A DNA stretch of 64,000 nt from Anaerolineales bacterium (GTDB lineage Bacteria; Chloroflexota; Anaerolineae; Anaerolineales; E44-bin32): NCBI GenBank assembly GCA_040899905.1, contig JBBDZX010000005.1, positions 698,199 to 762,198 of the forward strand. Reading direction: 5' to 3'. The position numbers and the translations under genes were made by a program. Positions 37,175 to 46,810 of this stretch are shown here, in pieces. The notes beneath the pieces are model-generated. The model ran no database searches. It saw only the letters and a list, made by a program, of their open reading frames with translations, and was not told where the DNA came from. How positions within the stretch are numbered: position 1 is the first letter of the stretch; each line of letters starts with the position of its first letter.

Positions 37175-37840
37175 GGGTCGCGACGGGGTTAACCCTCGAG
37201 ATAATTTAGGGTAGCCCCCAAGGCATTTCCCGTCAAGGTCACTATCGTCCCGTATGTACCGGGACAACGAGTCAGGGGACCCGGATGTTACTCGGGTTGT
37301 CCCTCTGCGGGACACAGGATCAAGCTCAAAAATCCAAAGGTCCAGCCTGGACAAGGCCGGGCTAGACCTCTCGGAACTCCTCTCGACTTCCTCGTCCTCA
37401 CCAGACTCCTGCTGGTAGCCTTCCGCGCCCCCGGCCGACGCCGGTCGGATCCGGGGTTTGCGAAACGGCGACGCACTCGTAGAAAGGTCCGATCGGGTAA
37501 TTGGGCAGGGCGAATTGGGTCAGCACCCATCGGTCCGCCAGGTGGTCGTAGAACACGATGGGATCACCGTCATTGGTCGATTGGCACGGCCCCCGGACTG
37601 CCCGTGCGGAATCTCTGGGGTATGCCATGCGCGAGCAAGGCGAAGGCGGGGCCACGGATACCGGGAAGCAAGGACGGCCGGCTTCCCTTGGGAGGTCGCC
37701 GAGGCGCGCCAGACCGCGACCGCAGAAGGATGGCGGGCCCACCGGTATGGGGCGGAGCCCCAGACGCTAGGGTCGTCCGGAGGACGTAAGCTGGGGGCCC
37801 ATTTCACCCTCGCCTCCCTCAAGACCAACAGTCAGTCGCG

Positions 37841-37890
37841 AGCAATCAGCCGCCACCTTGGAACTTCCTCCAAGCTGGCGGCTGATTGCT
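37841..37890 (+). terminator. Very strong hairpin followed by TCTTCTT, immediately upstream of the exonuclease gene
   Basis: AGCAATCAGCCGCCA-CCTTGGA-ACTTCC-TCCAAG-C-TGGCGGCTGATTGCT forms a ~21-bp stem with a 6-nt loop. It could be a plus-strand terminator/insulator or an operator. A TATACT -10-like box (37906..37911) sits 6 nt before GTG 37918. Confidence 0.5.
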
Positions 37891-37917
37891 TCTTCTTAGC
37901 GCAGGTATACTCACCCC

Positions 37918-38520
37918 GTGACTCAGGTCCCGATCGCTTCACGACGCCAGGATTCCGGCGGTTACATCTCCGTCGACATCGAGGCCTCGGGTCCGACCCC
38001 GGGCCTATACTCGATGCTGGCACTCGGGGCCTGCCGGGTGGACGATCCGGCCCGAAACTTCTATGCCGAGCTTCAACCGACCTCGATGCAATCCGATCCT
38101 GAGGCGATGGCTGTACACGGCCTGTCCTTGCAGATGCTGCAGCAATCCGGGCGGCCTCCGGCGGAGGTCATGGGTGCGTTCGATCGATGGTTGAGCGAGG
38201 TCTGCCCGCCGCCGGCTCGCCCCGTTTTCGTCGCCTACAACGCACCGTTTGATTGGATGTTCGTGCATGATGCGTTCCTGACCGCATTAGGACGGGACCC
38301 ATTTGGCCATACCGCTCTCGACATCCGGGCCCTGTACGTCGGCTGGTCGGGACGCCCGTGGCCCGAGATCCGTTTCGACGAGCTGGCCGAACGCTACCTC
38401 GGCTCGCGCCGCCTCACCCATAACGCCCTCGAGGACGCCCTCGCCCAGGCGGAGATCCTGCAAGGGTTGATGGACGAGATGCGATCTCGGACCGCCGTCT
38501 CGACGACAGATGACGAATGA
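37918..38520 (+). CDS. DEDDh-family 3'-5' exonuclease (DnaQ/RNase T-like), single domain
   Basis: Exo I ISVDIEASGP, Exo II VAYNAPFDWMF, Exo III THNALEDALAQAE (H-x4-D). Confidence 0.8.
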   Translation: MTQVPIASRRQDSGGYISVDIEASGPTPGLYSMLALGACRVDDPARNFYAELQPTSMQSDPEAMAVHGLSLQMLQQSGRPPAEVMGAFDRWLSEVCPPPARPVFVAYNAPFDWMFVHDAFLTALGRDPFGHTALDIRALYVGWSGRPWPEIRFDELAERYLGSRRLTHNALEDALAQAEILQGLMDEMRSRTAVSTTDDE

Positions 38521-38554
38521 CGGATGGCTGGAGCCTACTGGGCAGGAGAATCGC

Positions 38555-39868
38555 ATGACCTCTGAATCTACGTCACGGGAAGAACTGAGCCGGATCCTCG
38601 AGTCCGCCCGCCGGCTGGGGGTGGAGATGGACGAGGGAGCCGCCCTGCAATGGCTGGCGGCCATGAGCGCCGGCGATGGGGGCGGCGACGTGGTCGTCGA
38701 CTCCCGGACGGGTGTATTCGGGCACCGTATCAGCATGCTCGATTTCACACCGGGCGATCTGGAACGCTTCCGGGCTGTGGGCCGGCTGGTCGAGTTCGCC
38801 GACGAGCCCGGCGTCGTCGAGACCGCGCTGGCGCTCTCCGGCTCGGCGGCCCAGTCGAAGATCCAGTCCTTCCCGGGGGACTGCGACTTCTTCGAGCGCG
38901 TCAACATCAAGGCGCCGACTCGCGACGAAGCCTGCACCACTCTGGCGCGGTTGATGCGCGACAAGGCCCTCGCCACGGCCCGCGGCGATACGTACCAGTT
39001 GATCGAAGTCAAGATGGGGTCCTACCCCGAGGACATGCTTCACGACGGACAGCCGGTCAAGGCCGGCGCGCCGACAGGCTGGCGAGTCGACGAGATCCGT
39101 GCCGGCCGCATCGATGGCTTCCGTCCCGACGGATCGCCGGTTTCGGTCCTTTGGGAGTCCGCCGCCCTCGATCCCGGTTGGTGCAAACTCGACTGGGTCG
39201 TCGCGGACTCGCTGCGGGGCCAGTTGGCGAACGCGAGCAATATGCTCGACGTCACGTGGGAGGCACCCGATGGGACCATCACGCCCCTCGACGGGTACCT
39301 CGACCCCTATTTCCAGGAGGTGTACCTGGAGGCCGAATCCGTCCCGATCTTCTCGAAACTCGCCAAGCATGTCTCGGCCGACGCTCTTGACGAGTATGTG
39401 CAGCAGCTCGAGAAGGAGGTCAACAAGTACCTGAATAAGGACGTCAACTACGGCAAGGCCGCCAAACGCATGTACAACATCTTCCGGCTGACCGGCCGCT
39501 ACGGGGAGGCCGCCTTCATCCGCGAGCTGTTCGATGAGCCCGCCACCGTCCTGTATCAAGTCTGGTCGCTCATCCGCACCCTCGACGACGCCACCCGCGG
39601 CGGAGCCTCGATACCGATGCCCACGATCATCGGCCACGCCGACCGCCTGATCCAGGCCGTGATCGACTCCCTGGAAGGCGATCAGGAGGCCGAGATCGTC
39701 CGACAGTTGAGGCTGTTGCGCGAGAGCCTGCGCGCGACCGGGTCGGTGGAAAGCCAGCCGGTCGATGCCGCCCGCGCCCAGGTCGTTAACATTGTCAACA
39801 ACTTCTTCTACGAGCGACTCACCGCCGTGCCGTCGATCAAGAGCTACATTGAGGGGACACACGAGTAG
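38555..39868 (+). CDS. Uncharacterised protein with a Pol-beta-superfamily nucleotidyltransferase-like motif
   Basis: ALALSGSAAQSKIQSFPGDCDFFERV fits hG[GS]-x9-13-Dh[DE]h (nt 38840..38887). A possible third acidic strand is CKLDWVVAD. The C-terminal half is long and helical. AGGAG lies 6 nt before ATG 38555; ATG 38510 would overlap the exonuclease by 11 nt. The CDS call is solid; the function is tentative. Confidence 0.5.
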   Translation: MTSESTSREELSRILESARRLGVEMDEGAALQWLAAMSAGDGGGDVVVDSRTGVFGHRISMLDFTPGDLERFRAVGRLVEFADEPGVVETALALSGSAAQSKIQSFPGDCDFFERVNIKAPTRDEACTTLARLMRDKALATARGDTYQLIEVKMGSYPEDMLHDGQPVKAGAPTGWRVDEIRAGRIDGFRPDGSPVSVLWESAALDPGWCKLDWVVADSLRGQLANASNMLDVTWEAPDGTITPLDGYLDPYFQEVYLEAESVPIFSKLAKHVSADALDEYVQQLEKEVNKYLNKDVNYGKAAKRMYNIFRLTGRYGEAAFIRELFDEPATVLYQVWSLIRTLDDATRGGASIPMPTIIGHADRLIQAVIDSLEGDQEAEIVRQLRLLRESLRATGSVESQPVDAARAQVVNIVNNFFYERLTAVPSIKSYIEGTHE

Positions 39869-39883
39869 GTAGGAATCGGCTGC

Positions 39884-39918
39884 CAGCACTCAGGACTCAG
39901 CACCCAGCGTCCAGTTGG
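39884..39918. repeat. Heptanucleotide tandem repeat (5 degenerate units, CAGCACC family)
   Basis: cagcact caggact cagcacc cagcgtc cagttgg, in the spacer between 38555..39868 and 39944..40432. Confidence 0.7.
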
Positions 39919-39943
39919 TGGCAGACCTTGGACGGGGCGCCGT

Positions 39944-40432
39944 GTGATCACCGACGACTCCTCTGTGGCCACAGGCACGGTTGCCAGGCGAAGGCAGGGT
40001 CAGTTGACCAAGGGCACCCCGCTTGAGCCCGTTCTCCTCTTCGACGACGCGTGCGGCTTCTGCAACTCGGCGGTACAGACCGTCCTGCGCCGAGAGAGGA
40101 TGCACACGCTCCGTTTCGCGTCCCTGCATGGAAAGTTCGGGCTCGATTTCCGTGCGCGCCACCCCGAACTCCAGGCGGTTGACTCCATGATTTGGTTCCG
40201 CCCCGAGAACAGTGACTCCGGCGAGATCATCGCACTTCGATCCGATGCCGCCCTCCTCATCGCGGACTACCTCGGTGGCCCCTTCCGGCTCGCCGCCCTT
40301 GGCCGCCTCGTGCCCAAGGTGATCCGCGATGCCGCCTATGACTTTGTGGCCCGCCACCGCCACAAGCTCTCCCCTGCGCCCTCAGACTGCCTCATCCCCT
40401 CGGCGGAGCAGCGCAGTCGCTTTCTTCCTTAG
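39944..40432 (+). CDS. DCC-family thiol-disulfide oxidoreductase (DUF393)
   Basis: LLFDDACGFCNSAVQ (D-x-x-C-x-x-C) near the N-terminus, and size typical of the DCC family. Confidence 0.8.
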   Translation: MITDDSSVATGTVARRRQGQLTKGTPLEPVLLFDDACGFCNSAVQTVLRRERMHTLRFASLHGKFGLDFRARHPELQAVDSMIWFRPENSDSGEIIALRSDAALLIADYLGGPFRLAALGRLVPKVIRDAAYDFVARHRHKLSPAPSDCLIPSAEQRSRFLP

Positions 40433-40444
40433 AGACGCCACTCA

Positions 40445-40512
40445 CAGCACCCAGCACCCAACTCCTAGCGTCCAGCGACCAGCAGCCAGCACCCAGCCCC
40501 AGCACCAAGCAT
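40445..40512. repeat. Heptanucleotide tandem repeat (~10 degenerate units, CAGCACC family)
   Basis: cagcacc cagcacc caactcc tagcgtc cagcgac cagcagc cagcacc cagcccc agcacca..., filling the gap between convergent stops at 40432 and 40515. Confidence 0.75.
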
Positions 40513-40514
40513 CC

Positions 40515-41774
40515 TCACTCTCCGAACCGGCTCGGAAGGAGAGGTTCAATCGCTCCCGGAACCGCGCCCCGCTGGACCATCTCGGCGACTACCTTGCCGG
40601 TCACCGCGGCCAACACCACGCCCAACGTGCCGTGACCAGAGGCCAGATGTAAATTCGGGAGCCGCCGCAAAGGGCCGATGATCGGCAGGCCATCCGGCGT
40701 CATTGGGCGCAGCCCGGCCCACGCGTCGCGGCCTCCCCACGCGGAGGATGACGGCAGACCCTCGCTTGCGGCGCGTCGAATCACCTTTAGGAAGCGGTCG
40801 GATGGAGAGGGGGGAAACCCGCCCAATTCCAATCCGGTGGTCATTCGCAGGCGTGTGTCCATTGGCGTCGCGACCACATGCTGCTCTGCGAAGAGGAGCG
40901 GCAGCCTCGGAACCACAGGCGCATCGTCGAAGGTCAAACTGTTCCCACGTCCAGGCTCGATCGGGATCCAGCCTGCGGCCCGTCGAAGGACTCGGGCGCT
41001 CCACGCTCCGGCGCAGACCACGTAGTGGTCGGCCGAGTACTCGCCGCGCTGCGTGCGCAGCGCGGCCACACGGTCGCCGTGGACTCGCAGCCCGGTTACT
41101 TCCACGCCGCTCTCCAACCGTGCCCCGGCCTCCGTGGCCCAACGGGCCAGGACGCGGGTGAAGACGAAGGGGTCGAGGTGCGCATCCTCGGGGAAATAGA
41201 TGGCCCCGCAGATGTGCGGCGTGACGTTCGGCTCGAGGTGCCGGGCTTCCTGCGTCTCGAGGCGGACCGGTTGGACGCCTGCCAACCGCAAGCGGTCGGC
41301 CTGACGAAGCCCGGCCTCGAGGCCGTCCTTCGTCCGGTAAACGTGGAGCCAGCCATCGCGCCGGAGCCAAAACGAATCCGGCCTCTCGGCCCACTTCGCG
41401 CACATGGCGAGGCTTTCGGCGCAAAGCTCCGACAAGAGCCGGGTCGAGGCTTGCGCGATGGGCCAGCGGCAGGCCCCAACGAATCGAAGGATCCACCGCA
41501 GCCAGCTCCGGTCCGCCCGCACTCTCAGGCGGAACGGGTGATCCGGAACGAACAGCCCCTGCAGGCCATCCAACAGCGCGGCCGGTGTCGCGTAAGGCTC
41601 GCAGAAAGAGGGCGGGATCAGGCCCGCGTTCCCGAACGAACAGCCATGGCCCATCTCGCCGCGGTCGAGGACGGTGACTTTCGCGCCCCCTTCCGAAAGC
41701 TGGAGCGCGACCGACAGACCGATGACGCCGCCACCAATGACGATCACGTCGGGTCTACGCATTCGTCCCACCAT
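40515..41774 (-). CDS. FAD-dependent oxidoreductase (D-amino-acid dehydrogenase / glycine oxidase-like, DAO family)
   Basis: PDVIVIGGGVIGLSVALQLSEGGAKVTVLDR and a C-terminal GHGTLG-type motif. Confidence 0.85.
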   Translation of the reverse strand: MVGRMRRPDVIVIGGGVIGLSVALQLSEGGAKVTVLDRGEMGHGCSFGNAGLIPPSFCEPYATPAALLDGLQGLFVPDHPFRLRVRADRSWLRWILRFVGACRWPIAQASTRLLSELCAESLAMCAKWAERPDSFWLRRDGWLHVYRTKDGLEAGLRQADRLRLAGVQPVRLETQEARHLEPNVTPHICGAIYFPEDAHLDPFVFTRVLARWATEAGARLESGVEVTGLRVHGDRVAALRTQRGEYSADHYVVCAGAWSARVLRRAAGWIPIEPGRGNSLTFDDAPVVPRLPLLFAEQHVVATPMDTRLRMTTGLELGGFPPSPSDRFLKVIRRAASEGLPSSSAWGGRDAWAGLRPMTPDGLPIIGPLRRLPNLHLASGHGTLGVVLAAVTGKVVAEMVQRGAVPGAIEPLLPSRFGE

Positions 41775-42082
41775 TGATCACAAGATCATGGGTCCGTGCG
41801 CCGTAAGGCGGACGAGACGTCCCTGCTCCCAGAACCTGTCGGGCCGCTACGCGCAGCCGGGCTTCCCGGGAAGGCATGGAGCGTGCGCGGGATGAAGTTC
41901 GGGGCCGCGGGATGGCACGGTGTGGGCGGTCCCTGAGTCGGCGGCAGCGGCGGGGACGGGTCTTGGTGCGGGTCGGGTGGGTGCGGCCCTGTGGTTCGGG
42001 GTCGGCGCCGGCGTTCCAGGGAAGGCAACCTGCCAGCGCCCCGAACACAACACCTAGTTGTCTCTGCTCATCGAGGGAGGGA

Positions 42083-42931
42083 TCAGCCCTTCACCGCCCC
42101 CATGGTGAAGCCCTCCACAAGGCGATCGAGGAAGAGGTTGTAGACGAGGCCGACGGGGATGGCCACGATGACAGCCGCCGCCATCAGCGACTGCCAATAG
42201 AAGACGTCGCCGCGGATGAGCTCGATCGGCACGCCCACGCTCAACGGCCGGTTCGCCGAACTGGAAATGAACGTCAAGGCGTAGATGAACTCGTGCAGGG
42301 TGAGGGTGAACGTGAAGACGATGACGGCGATCACCCCCGACCCCGACAAAGGCAACACCACTTTGAGGAAGGACTTCAGCCGGCTGTAGCCATCCACCAT
42401 CGCCGCCTCTTCCAAGTCCCGTGGAATCGACCTGAAGAATCCCATGAGGATCCATGTGCTAAAGGGGATCGTCATGGTGGGATAGACGACCACCAGCGAC
42501 CAGATTGTGTTGTTCAATCCGAGAGCCACCACGACCCGAAACATAGGGATAAAGAGGAGGGTCGGCGGGATCAAGTACACCAGGAACATCGCGATCCCGG
42601 CCCGCTCGCCCCACTCCCCCGCCAGCCGCGCCAGACTGTAGGCGGCCGGGACGGAGAAGACCAGGGTGATGATCACCACCAGCACGCCGACAGTGAGGGA
42701 ATTTCGCAGGAACGTCGTATACGCGGTCTCAAAAAACAAGAGCCGCAGGTGCTCGAGGGTGGGCGGCACATTGAAAAGGAAGGGGTTGTTCTCCGGACGG
42801 TAGAGGTCGATGTCCGCCTTGAAGGTGGTGATCACCATCCACGCAAAAGGCGCCGCGAGGAAGAAGACAAATGCCGCCACCAGAGCGTACGTCAGCGCCC
42901 TCCGAGAGCTCCGCCGCCGCATGGTCCTCAT
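42083..42931 (-). CDS. Carbohydrate ABC transporter permease (MalG-like)
   Basis: Internal start MRTMRRRSS of ORF 42083..43531. EAA-loop region RDLEEAAMVDGYSRLKSF. 4-nt overlap with the upstream permease. Confidence 0.9.
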   Translation of the reverse strand: MRTMRRRSSRRALTYALVAAFVFFLAAPFAWMVITTFKADIDLYRPENNPFLFNVPPTLEHLRLLFFETAYTTFLRNSLTVGVLVVIITLVFSVPAAYSLARLAGEWGERAGIAMFLVYLIPPTLLFIPMFRVVVALGLNNTIWSLVVVYPTMTIPFSTWILMGFFRSIPRDLEEAAMVDGYSRLKSFLKVVLPLSGSGVIAVIVFTFTLTLHEFIYALTFISSSANRPLSVGVPIELIRGDVFYWQSLMAAAVIVAIPVGLVYNLFLDRLVEGFTMGAVKG

Positions 42932-43893
42932 GAGATTTCCGTCCGCCGGGCGACTCGCAGGAGAACAATGGCCACGGCCAACAGGACCGGGAAGAGGAAG
43001 AGGGCGATCGCGGCGCCCTCGCCAAGGGCGCCGCCCTGGATGCCTTTGAAGTAGGCCCATGTGGGGAGGACCTGGGTGTAGTACACCGGCCCACCCCGGG
43101 TGAGCACAAAGACGATGGCCACGTCGGTGAACGTGAAAATGATTCCGAACAGCAAGGAGATCAAGACGATCGGGTAGATCAGCGGCATCTTCACTTTGAA
43201 GTGGGTGCGGAGGTAACTGGCTCCGTCGACCGCCGCCTGATCGATGATGTCCTGGGGAATCGACGTCAGGCCGGCCATGAGGATGACGGTGGAGAGCGGC
43301 AGGGTCCTCCACACGTGCACGACGATGACCGAGGCCACGGCCAAGGTCTCGCGCCCCAGGAAATTCAAGTGGGGACGTGTGGTCAAGATTCCCGCGGCGC
43401 CGATCAGGTGAAAGGTCTGGAGCACCCAGTCGATCGGACTGAACTTCGAGTCCAGGAGCCACAACCACCCCAACGTCCCCAGGGCGATCGGCGTCGCCCA
43501 GGGGAGCATGATCAGCATTCGGGCCAGCCACTTGCCGCGAAAGTTTTCGGCCATGACCACGGCCAGAATGTTGGCGAGAAGGATGATAAGCAATTGCGAA
43601 ACCAGCGTAATGAGGAATGAATTGAGGAGGGCTCGCTGGAATTGGGGGCTGCGGAGCGCGCTACGGAAGTTGTCCAGCCCAACGAAATTGAGATCCGTGT
43701 TTCCCACCGACACGTCGGCCAGGCTGAAGGCAATCGCCAGGAGGAATGGGATCCCGACCAGCGCAAGAATGTAGACGACGGCCGGCGAGAGGAAGAGGAA
43801 GGCAAGAAAGTCTTCCCGATCCGCCAGCTTGCGACGCCTGGACAGAGGCCGCAGGGCCCCTGGCTCAGGCGGCGAGGGGTGGGCGGCGGTCAA
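42928..43893 (-). CDS. Carbohydrate ABC transporter permease (MalF-like)
   Basis: Six TM segments and EAA-loop DIIDQAAVDGASYLRTHF. 4-nt overlap with the ATPase gene (43890..43893). Confidence 0.9.
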   Translation of the reverse strand: MTAAHPSPPEPGALRPLSRRRKLADREDFLAFLFLSPAVVYILALVGIPFLLAIAFSLADVSVGNTDLNFVGLDNFRSALRSPQFQRALLNSFLITLVSQLLIILLANILAVVMAENFRGKWLARMLIMLPWATPIALGTLGWLWLLDSKFSPIDWVLQTFHLIGAAGILTTRPHLNFLGRETLAVASVIVVHVWRTLPLSTVILMAGLTSIPQDIIDQAAVDGASYLRTHFKVKMPLIYPIVLISLLFGIIFTFTDVAIVFVLTRGGPVYYTQVLPTWAYFKGIQGGALGEGAAIALFLFPVLLAVAIVLLRVARRTEIS

Positions 43894-44927
43894 CGGTCCC
43901 GCTCTGCTCGAATTCGCTGTCCGGTCACTTTGTCGAAGTAGCGAAGGTACTCCGCGGCCACGGCAAAGTCATAGACCTGGCCGGCCTCGATCTGGGCGGG
44001 AACCGTGGATGGGAGTTTGGCCACCACCTGCGTCTGGCGCGCGGCGTGGTCGACCGACCCATACACCAGCCGGTCGGCGCCGAGGTACTCCACCCGCGTC
44101 GCATGGAACGCGAAGGACTGTCCGGCCGTCGACCTGTCGCCGCTCGCCTTCGGATGGAAGTGCTCGGGGCGAAAGCCGATCAGGTGGCGGTCACCCTCGA
44201 CCAGGTTCATCCCCGGCGAACCCAGGAACGTGGCGACGAAGGTGTCCATCGAGTCGTGATAGATGTCAAGCGGACTGCCGATTTGCCGGACCTTGCCGGC
44301 GAACATCACGGCGATCCGGTCGCCCATGCCCATGGCTTCGATCTGATCATGGGTTACGAATACGGTCGTGATCCCCAGCCTCCGTTGAAATCGCTGCAGC
44401 TCATCCCTGGCGGAGGCTCGCAACTTGGCGTCCAGATTGGAGAGCGGCTCATCCAGGAGCAGGACGCGGGGCTCCTTGACCAATGCCCTGGACAGCGCCA
44501 CCCGCTGCCTCTCCCCTCCCGAAAGCTGCCTCGGTTTGCGGCCCAGCAGCCGCTCGATGCCGAGAATCGACGCCGCCCACTCCACCTTGGCTACAATCTC
44601 TTCTTTCGACCAGGTCGCTTGGGCCCGCAAGGGGAAGGCGATGTTTTCGAAGACCGTCATATGAGGATAGAGAGCGTAGCTCTGGAACACCATTCCAATC
44701 CGCCGCTCGCGCGGCGGGTACTCCGTCACCCGTTCGCCGCCGATGAAGACATCGCCTTCGGTCGGGATCTCCAGGCCGGCGATCATGCGCATCAGGGTGG
44801 TCTTGCCGCATCCGGAGGGCCCCAGGATGACAAGTAATTCTCCCTCGCGGATCGCCAGATCGACGCCGTCCACAGCCAGCACGTCGTGAAACCGCTTGCG
44901 CAGGCCTTTGACTTCAACAACCGCCAT
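43890..44927 (-). CDS. ABC transporter ATP-binding protein (MalK/UgpC-like)
   Basis: Walker A GPSGCGKTT, signature LSGGERQR, Walker B LLLDEPLS, and a C-terminal regulatory domain. Start at ATG 44927. Confidence 0.9.
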   Translation of the reverse strand: MAVVEVKGLRKRFHDVLAVDGVDLAIREGELLVILGPSGCGKTTLMRMIAGLEIPTEGDVFIGGERVTEYPPRERRIGMVFQSYALYPHMTVFENIAFPLRAQATWSKEEIVAKVEWAASILGIERLLGRKPRQLSGGERQRVALSRALVKEPRVLLLDEPLSNLDAKLRASARDELQRFQRRLGITTVFVTHDQIEAMGMGDRIAVMFAGKVRQIGSPLDIYHDSMDTFVATFLGSPGMNLVEGDRHLIGFRPEHFHPKASGDRSTAGQSFAFHATRVEYLGADRLVYGSVDHAARQTQVVAKLPSTVPAQIEAGQVYDFAVAAEYLRYFDKVTGQRIRAERDR

Positions 44928-45062
44928 GCCGCTCCCCCGCCCTTTCGCACGCACCGGGTCTGAAAAGAGAATCACACACGCCAGGCAGGTAAGCCCCGCC
45001 GGCCCGAGAGCCGGCGGGGCCTTCTTGAAACGTGCGGTACCTCCCGCTGGCCGCGGAGAGGA

Positions 45063-46472
45063 CTATCCGCCGCCGACGAAGCCGGCGTCGCGCCACTTCT
45101 CGAAGATCGGAACGATCTGTTCCTCGGCCCAGGCGACGGCTTCCTCGGGCGTCATCTCACCCAGAGCCGCCTTCCCCATCATGCTGCTGATGATGAAGGT
45201 GTTGTACACCTCCGCCTCCGCAGGGTTCGATGGCCCCGGCCAGCCCAGGTAGGTCACCCAATCCGACGCGGTGGCCAGCACCGCCAGTTTGTCTGCCGGC
45301 CGGGAGCCGAACGGATCGGTCGCCAGCCAGTCGGGCAGTTGAGGGACGGTACTCGGGAAGGCGGGGAAGTTGTAGAGCTGGCTGTTGAACACCGCCTGGT
45401 TGTAGTTGGCCACCAGGTGAAGCATGAAGGCCTTAGCCGCCTCGGCCTCGGCCTCGGTGGCGTACTCCGGAATGACATAGATCGTCCACACGTGAGCCGC
45501 CGCGTGCTGGTCGCCCCGCGGCCCCGCCAGTGCCGGAACGAAGCCGATGTTGTCCGCCGCCTCCGGATCGATCTTCTGCAGGCTTCGGTAGGCCGAGATC
45601 GAGTTCAGGATGTAGGACAGCTCGCCGGCCACCAAGCCCTGGTTGTTCGAAGCCGCGTTCCAAGCGAAGACTTCGTCGGTCATCGTCTGCGCATACAGAT
45701 CCGCCATGAAGGCGACCGCCTCGATCACCTCGGGCGAGTTGATGACCACGTTTTCGTTTTCATCCTGGATCGAGCCGCCAAACGACCAGATGATGGCTCG
45801 AGCGGCAAACTCGGAGTCGATCTCCGGGGACAGCCCCAGGCCAACCGGAACGCCTGCATCGGCCCGGATGGCGGCGCCGCCTTCCAGCAGTTCCTGCCAG
45901 GTGGACGGACCGTTCGGGAAGCCTGCCGCCGTCCACAGCGCGCGATCGAAGTCGCCGGGGTCGGGTACCCAACCGTGGCAGAAGCCGTACCACGAGCCGG
46001 TGGCGGGCAGGTACGAGTTGGCGGTGCAGGTCTCCGCCTGATCGCCAAACCGCTCCTGGGCAGCCAGATTAACGTCCGTCAGGTCTTGGAGACCCTCGAT
46101 GAACAGTGAGGCGCCAACGTTGAGTTCGACCAGGCTCGGTCCCTCGCCGGCATCGATGGCGGCCGACAAGGTCGGGGCCAGTTCGGCCAGATTGACATGA
46201 TCGACGGTCACGCCGACACCGTTGGCCGCTCCCCAGTCCTGGGCAAACGGATCGAACCACACGTCGTACTGCGGGACGAAGTGGCTCCATTGCAGGATCC
46301 TCAGCTCGGTGCCCTCCTCAAATTCGGCCACCTCGATCGGCACGACCCGAGTCACCTCAACTTCCTGGGATACGATTTGGGTGACCACCACCTCCTGGGG
46401 CTGACAGGCGGCCAAGATCAGCCCTCCCAACGCCATGACCTCCAAGGCTACGCGGATCCGCTTCGTGTGCAT
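45063..46472 (-). CDS. ABC transporter extracellular solute-binding lipoprotein (family 1, sugar-type)
   Basis: Start MHTKRIRVALEVMALGGLILAAC (lipobox) preceded by GGAGGAGG, and size typical of sugar-binding proteins. Confidence 0.85.
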   Translation of the reverse strand: MHTKRIRVALEVMALGGLILAACQPQEVVVTQIVSQEVEVTRVVPIEVAEFEEGTELRILQWSHFVPQYDVWFDPFAQDWGAANGVGVTVDHVNLAELAPTLSAAIDAGEGPSLVELNVGASLFIEGLQDLTDVNLAAQERFGDQAETCTANSYLPATGSWYGFCHGWVPDPGDFDRALWTAAGFPNGPSTWQELLEGGAAIRADAGVPVGLGLSPEIDSEFAARAIIWSFGGSIQDENENVVINSPEVIEAVAFMADLYAQTMTDEVFAWNAASNNQGLVAGELSYILNSISAYRSLQKIDPEAADNIGFVPALAGPRGDQHAAAHVWTIYVIPEYATEAEAEAAKAFMLHLVANYNQAVFNSQLYNFPAFPSTVPQLPDWLATDPFGSRPADKLAVLATASDWVTYLGWPGPSNPAEAEVYNTFIISSMMGKAALGEMTPEEAVAWAEEQIVPIFEKWRDAGFVGGG

Positions 46473-46810
46473 TCTTCCTCCTCCGAAAGTTATGGGATGG
46501 ACCGGACGGAAACGATGCCCAGAGTGTCCCGAGGCTTCGTGGGGCTTATCGAATGGAGCCGGTGACGGCGGTCGCTCAATCAGGACGTGGCTCCCTTCGG
46601 AGGGTGTGGACAACCGGAAGGGGCTCGTGAACGAACTGGTCCTAGCATACACCAGGATAAGGAAACTTCAACCTGTCGAGATGCGAGGATGGGGAGGGCC
46701 CCGCACGCGGGCTCCCGTGGGGATCCCTCCCCGCCCTGTATCTCCACCCTTCAGCCGCGAGGATTCGTGAACTCCGCTGACGGCTGAAGGGTGACGACCC
46801 GTTCCGGCTC

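Noticed and set aside
37440-37574. Protein-like stretch NDGDPIVFYDHLADRWVLTQFALPNYPIGPFYECVAVSQTPDPTG inside ORF 37398..37742 (-)
   Set aside because: It looks like a genuine fragment of a larger secreted protein, but it has no credible start, stop or flanking coding sequence. It is probably a gene remnant, and the evidence is too thin for a feature call.
37918-39868. Calling the exonuclease + nucleotidyltransferase-like pair a CBASS operon
   Set aside because: The NTase-like protein lacks the GS-x-x-x-GT context I associate with CD-NTases. The exonuclease has no extra signal-sensing domain, and no other CBASS accessory genes are present. It is kept only as an uncharacterised two-gene module.
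38573-39889. 438-aa minus-strand ORF
   Set aside because: It lies antisense to the 38555..39868 gene. The plus-strand frame has an SD, sensible amino-acid composition and a GS...DxD motif, whereas the minus-strand frame is Gly/Arg/Asp/Leu-rich and repetitive.
40546-41496. 316-aa minus-strand ORF in an alternative frame
   Set aside because: It is on the same strand as the FAD oxidoreductase 40515..41774 but out of frame. It is extremely Arg/Pro/Gly-rich, while the oxidoreductase frame has the GxGxxG dinucleotide-binding motif.
41876-44837. Plus-strand ORFs 41876..43054 (392 aa) and 43746..44837 (363 aa), and the N-terminal 200 codons of 42083..43531
   Set aside because: They lie antisense or out of frame to the ABC permease and ATPase genes, which carry Walker, signature and EAA motifs. 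They are highly Arg/His/Asp-rich.
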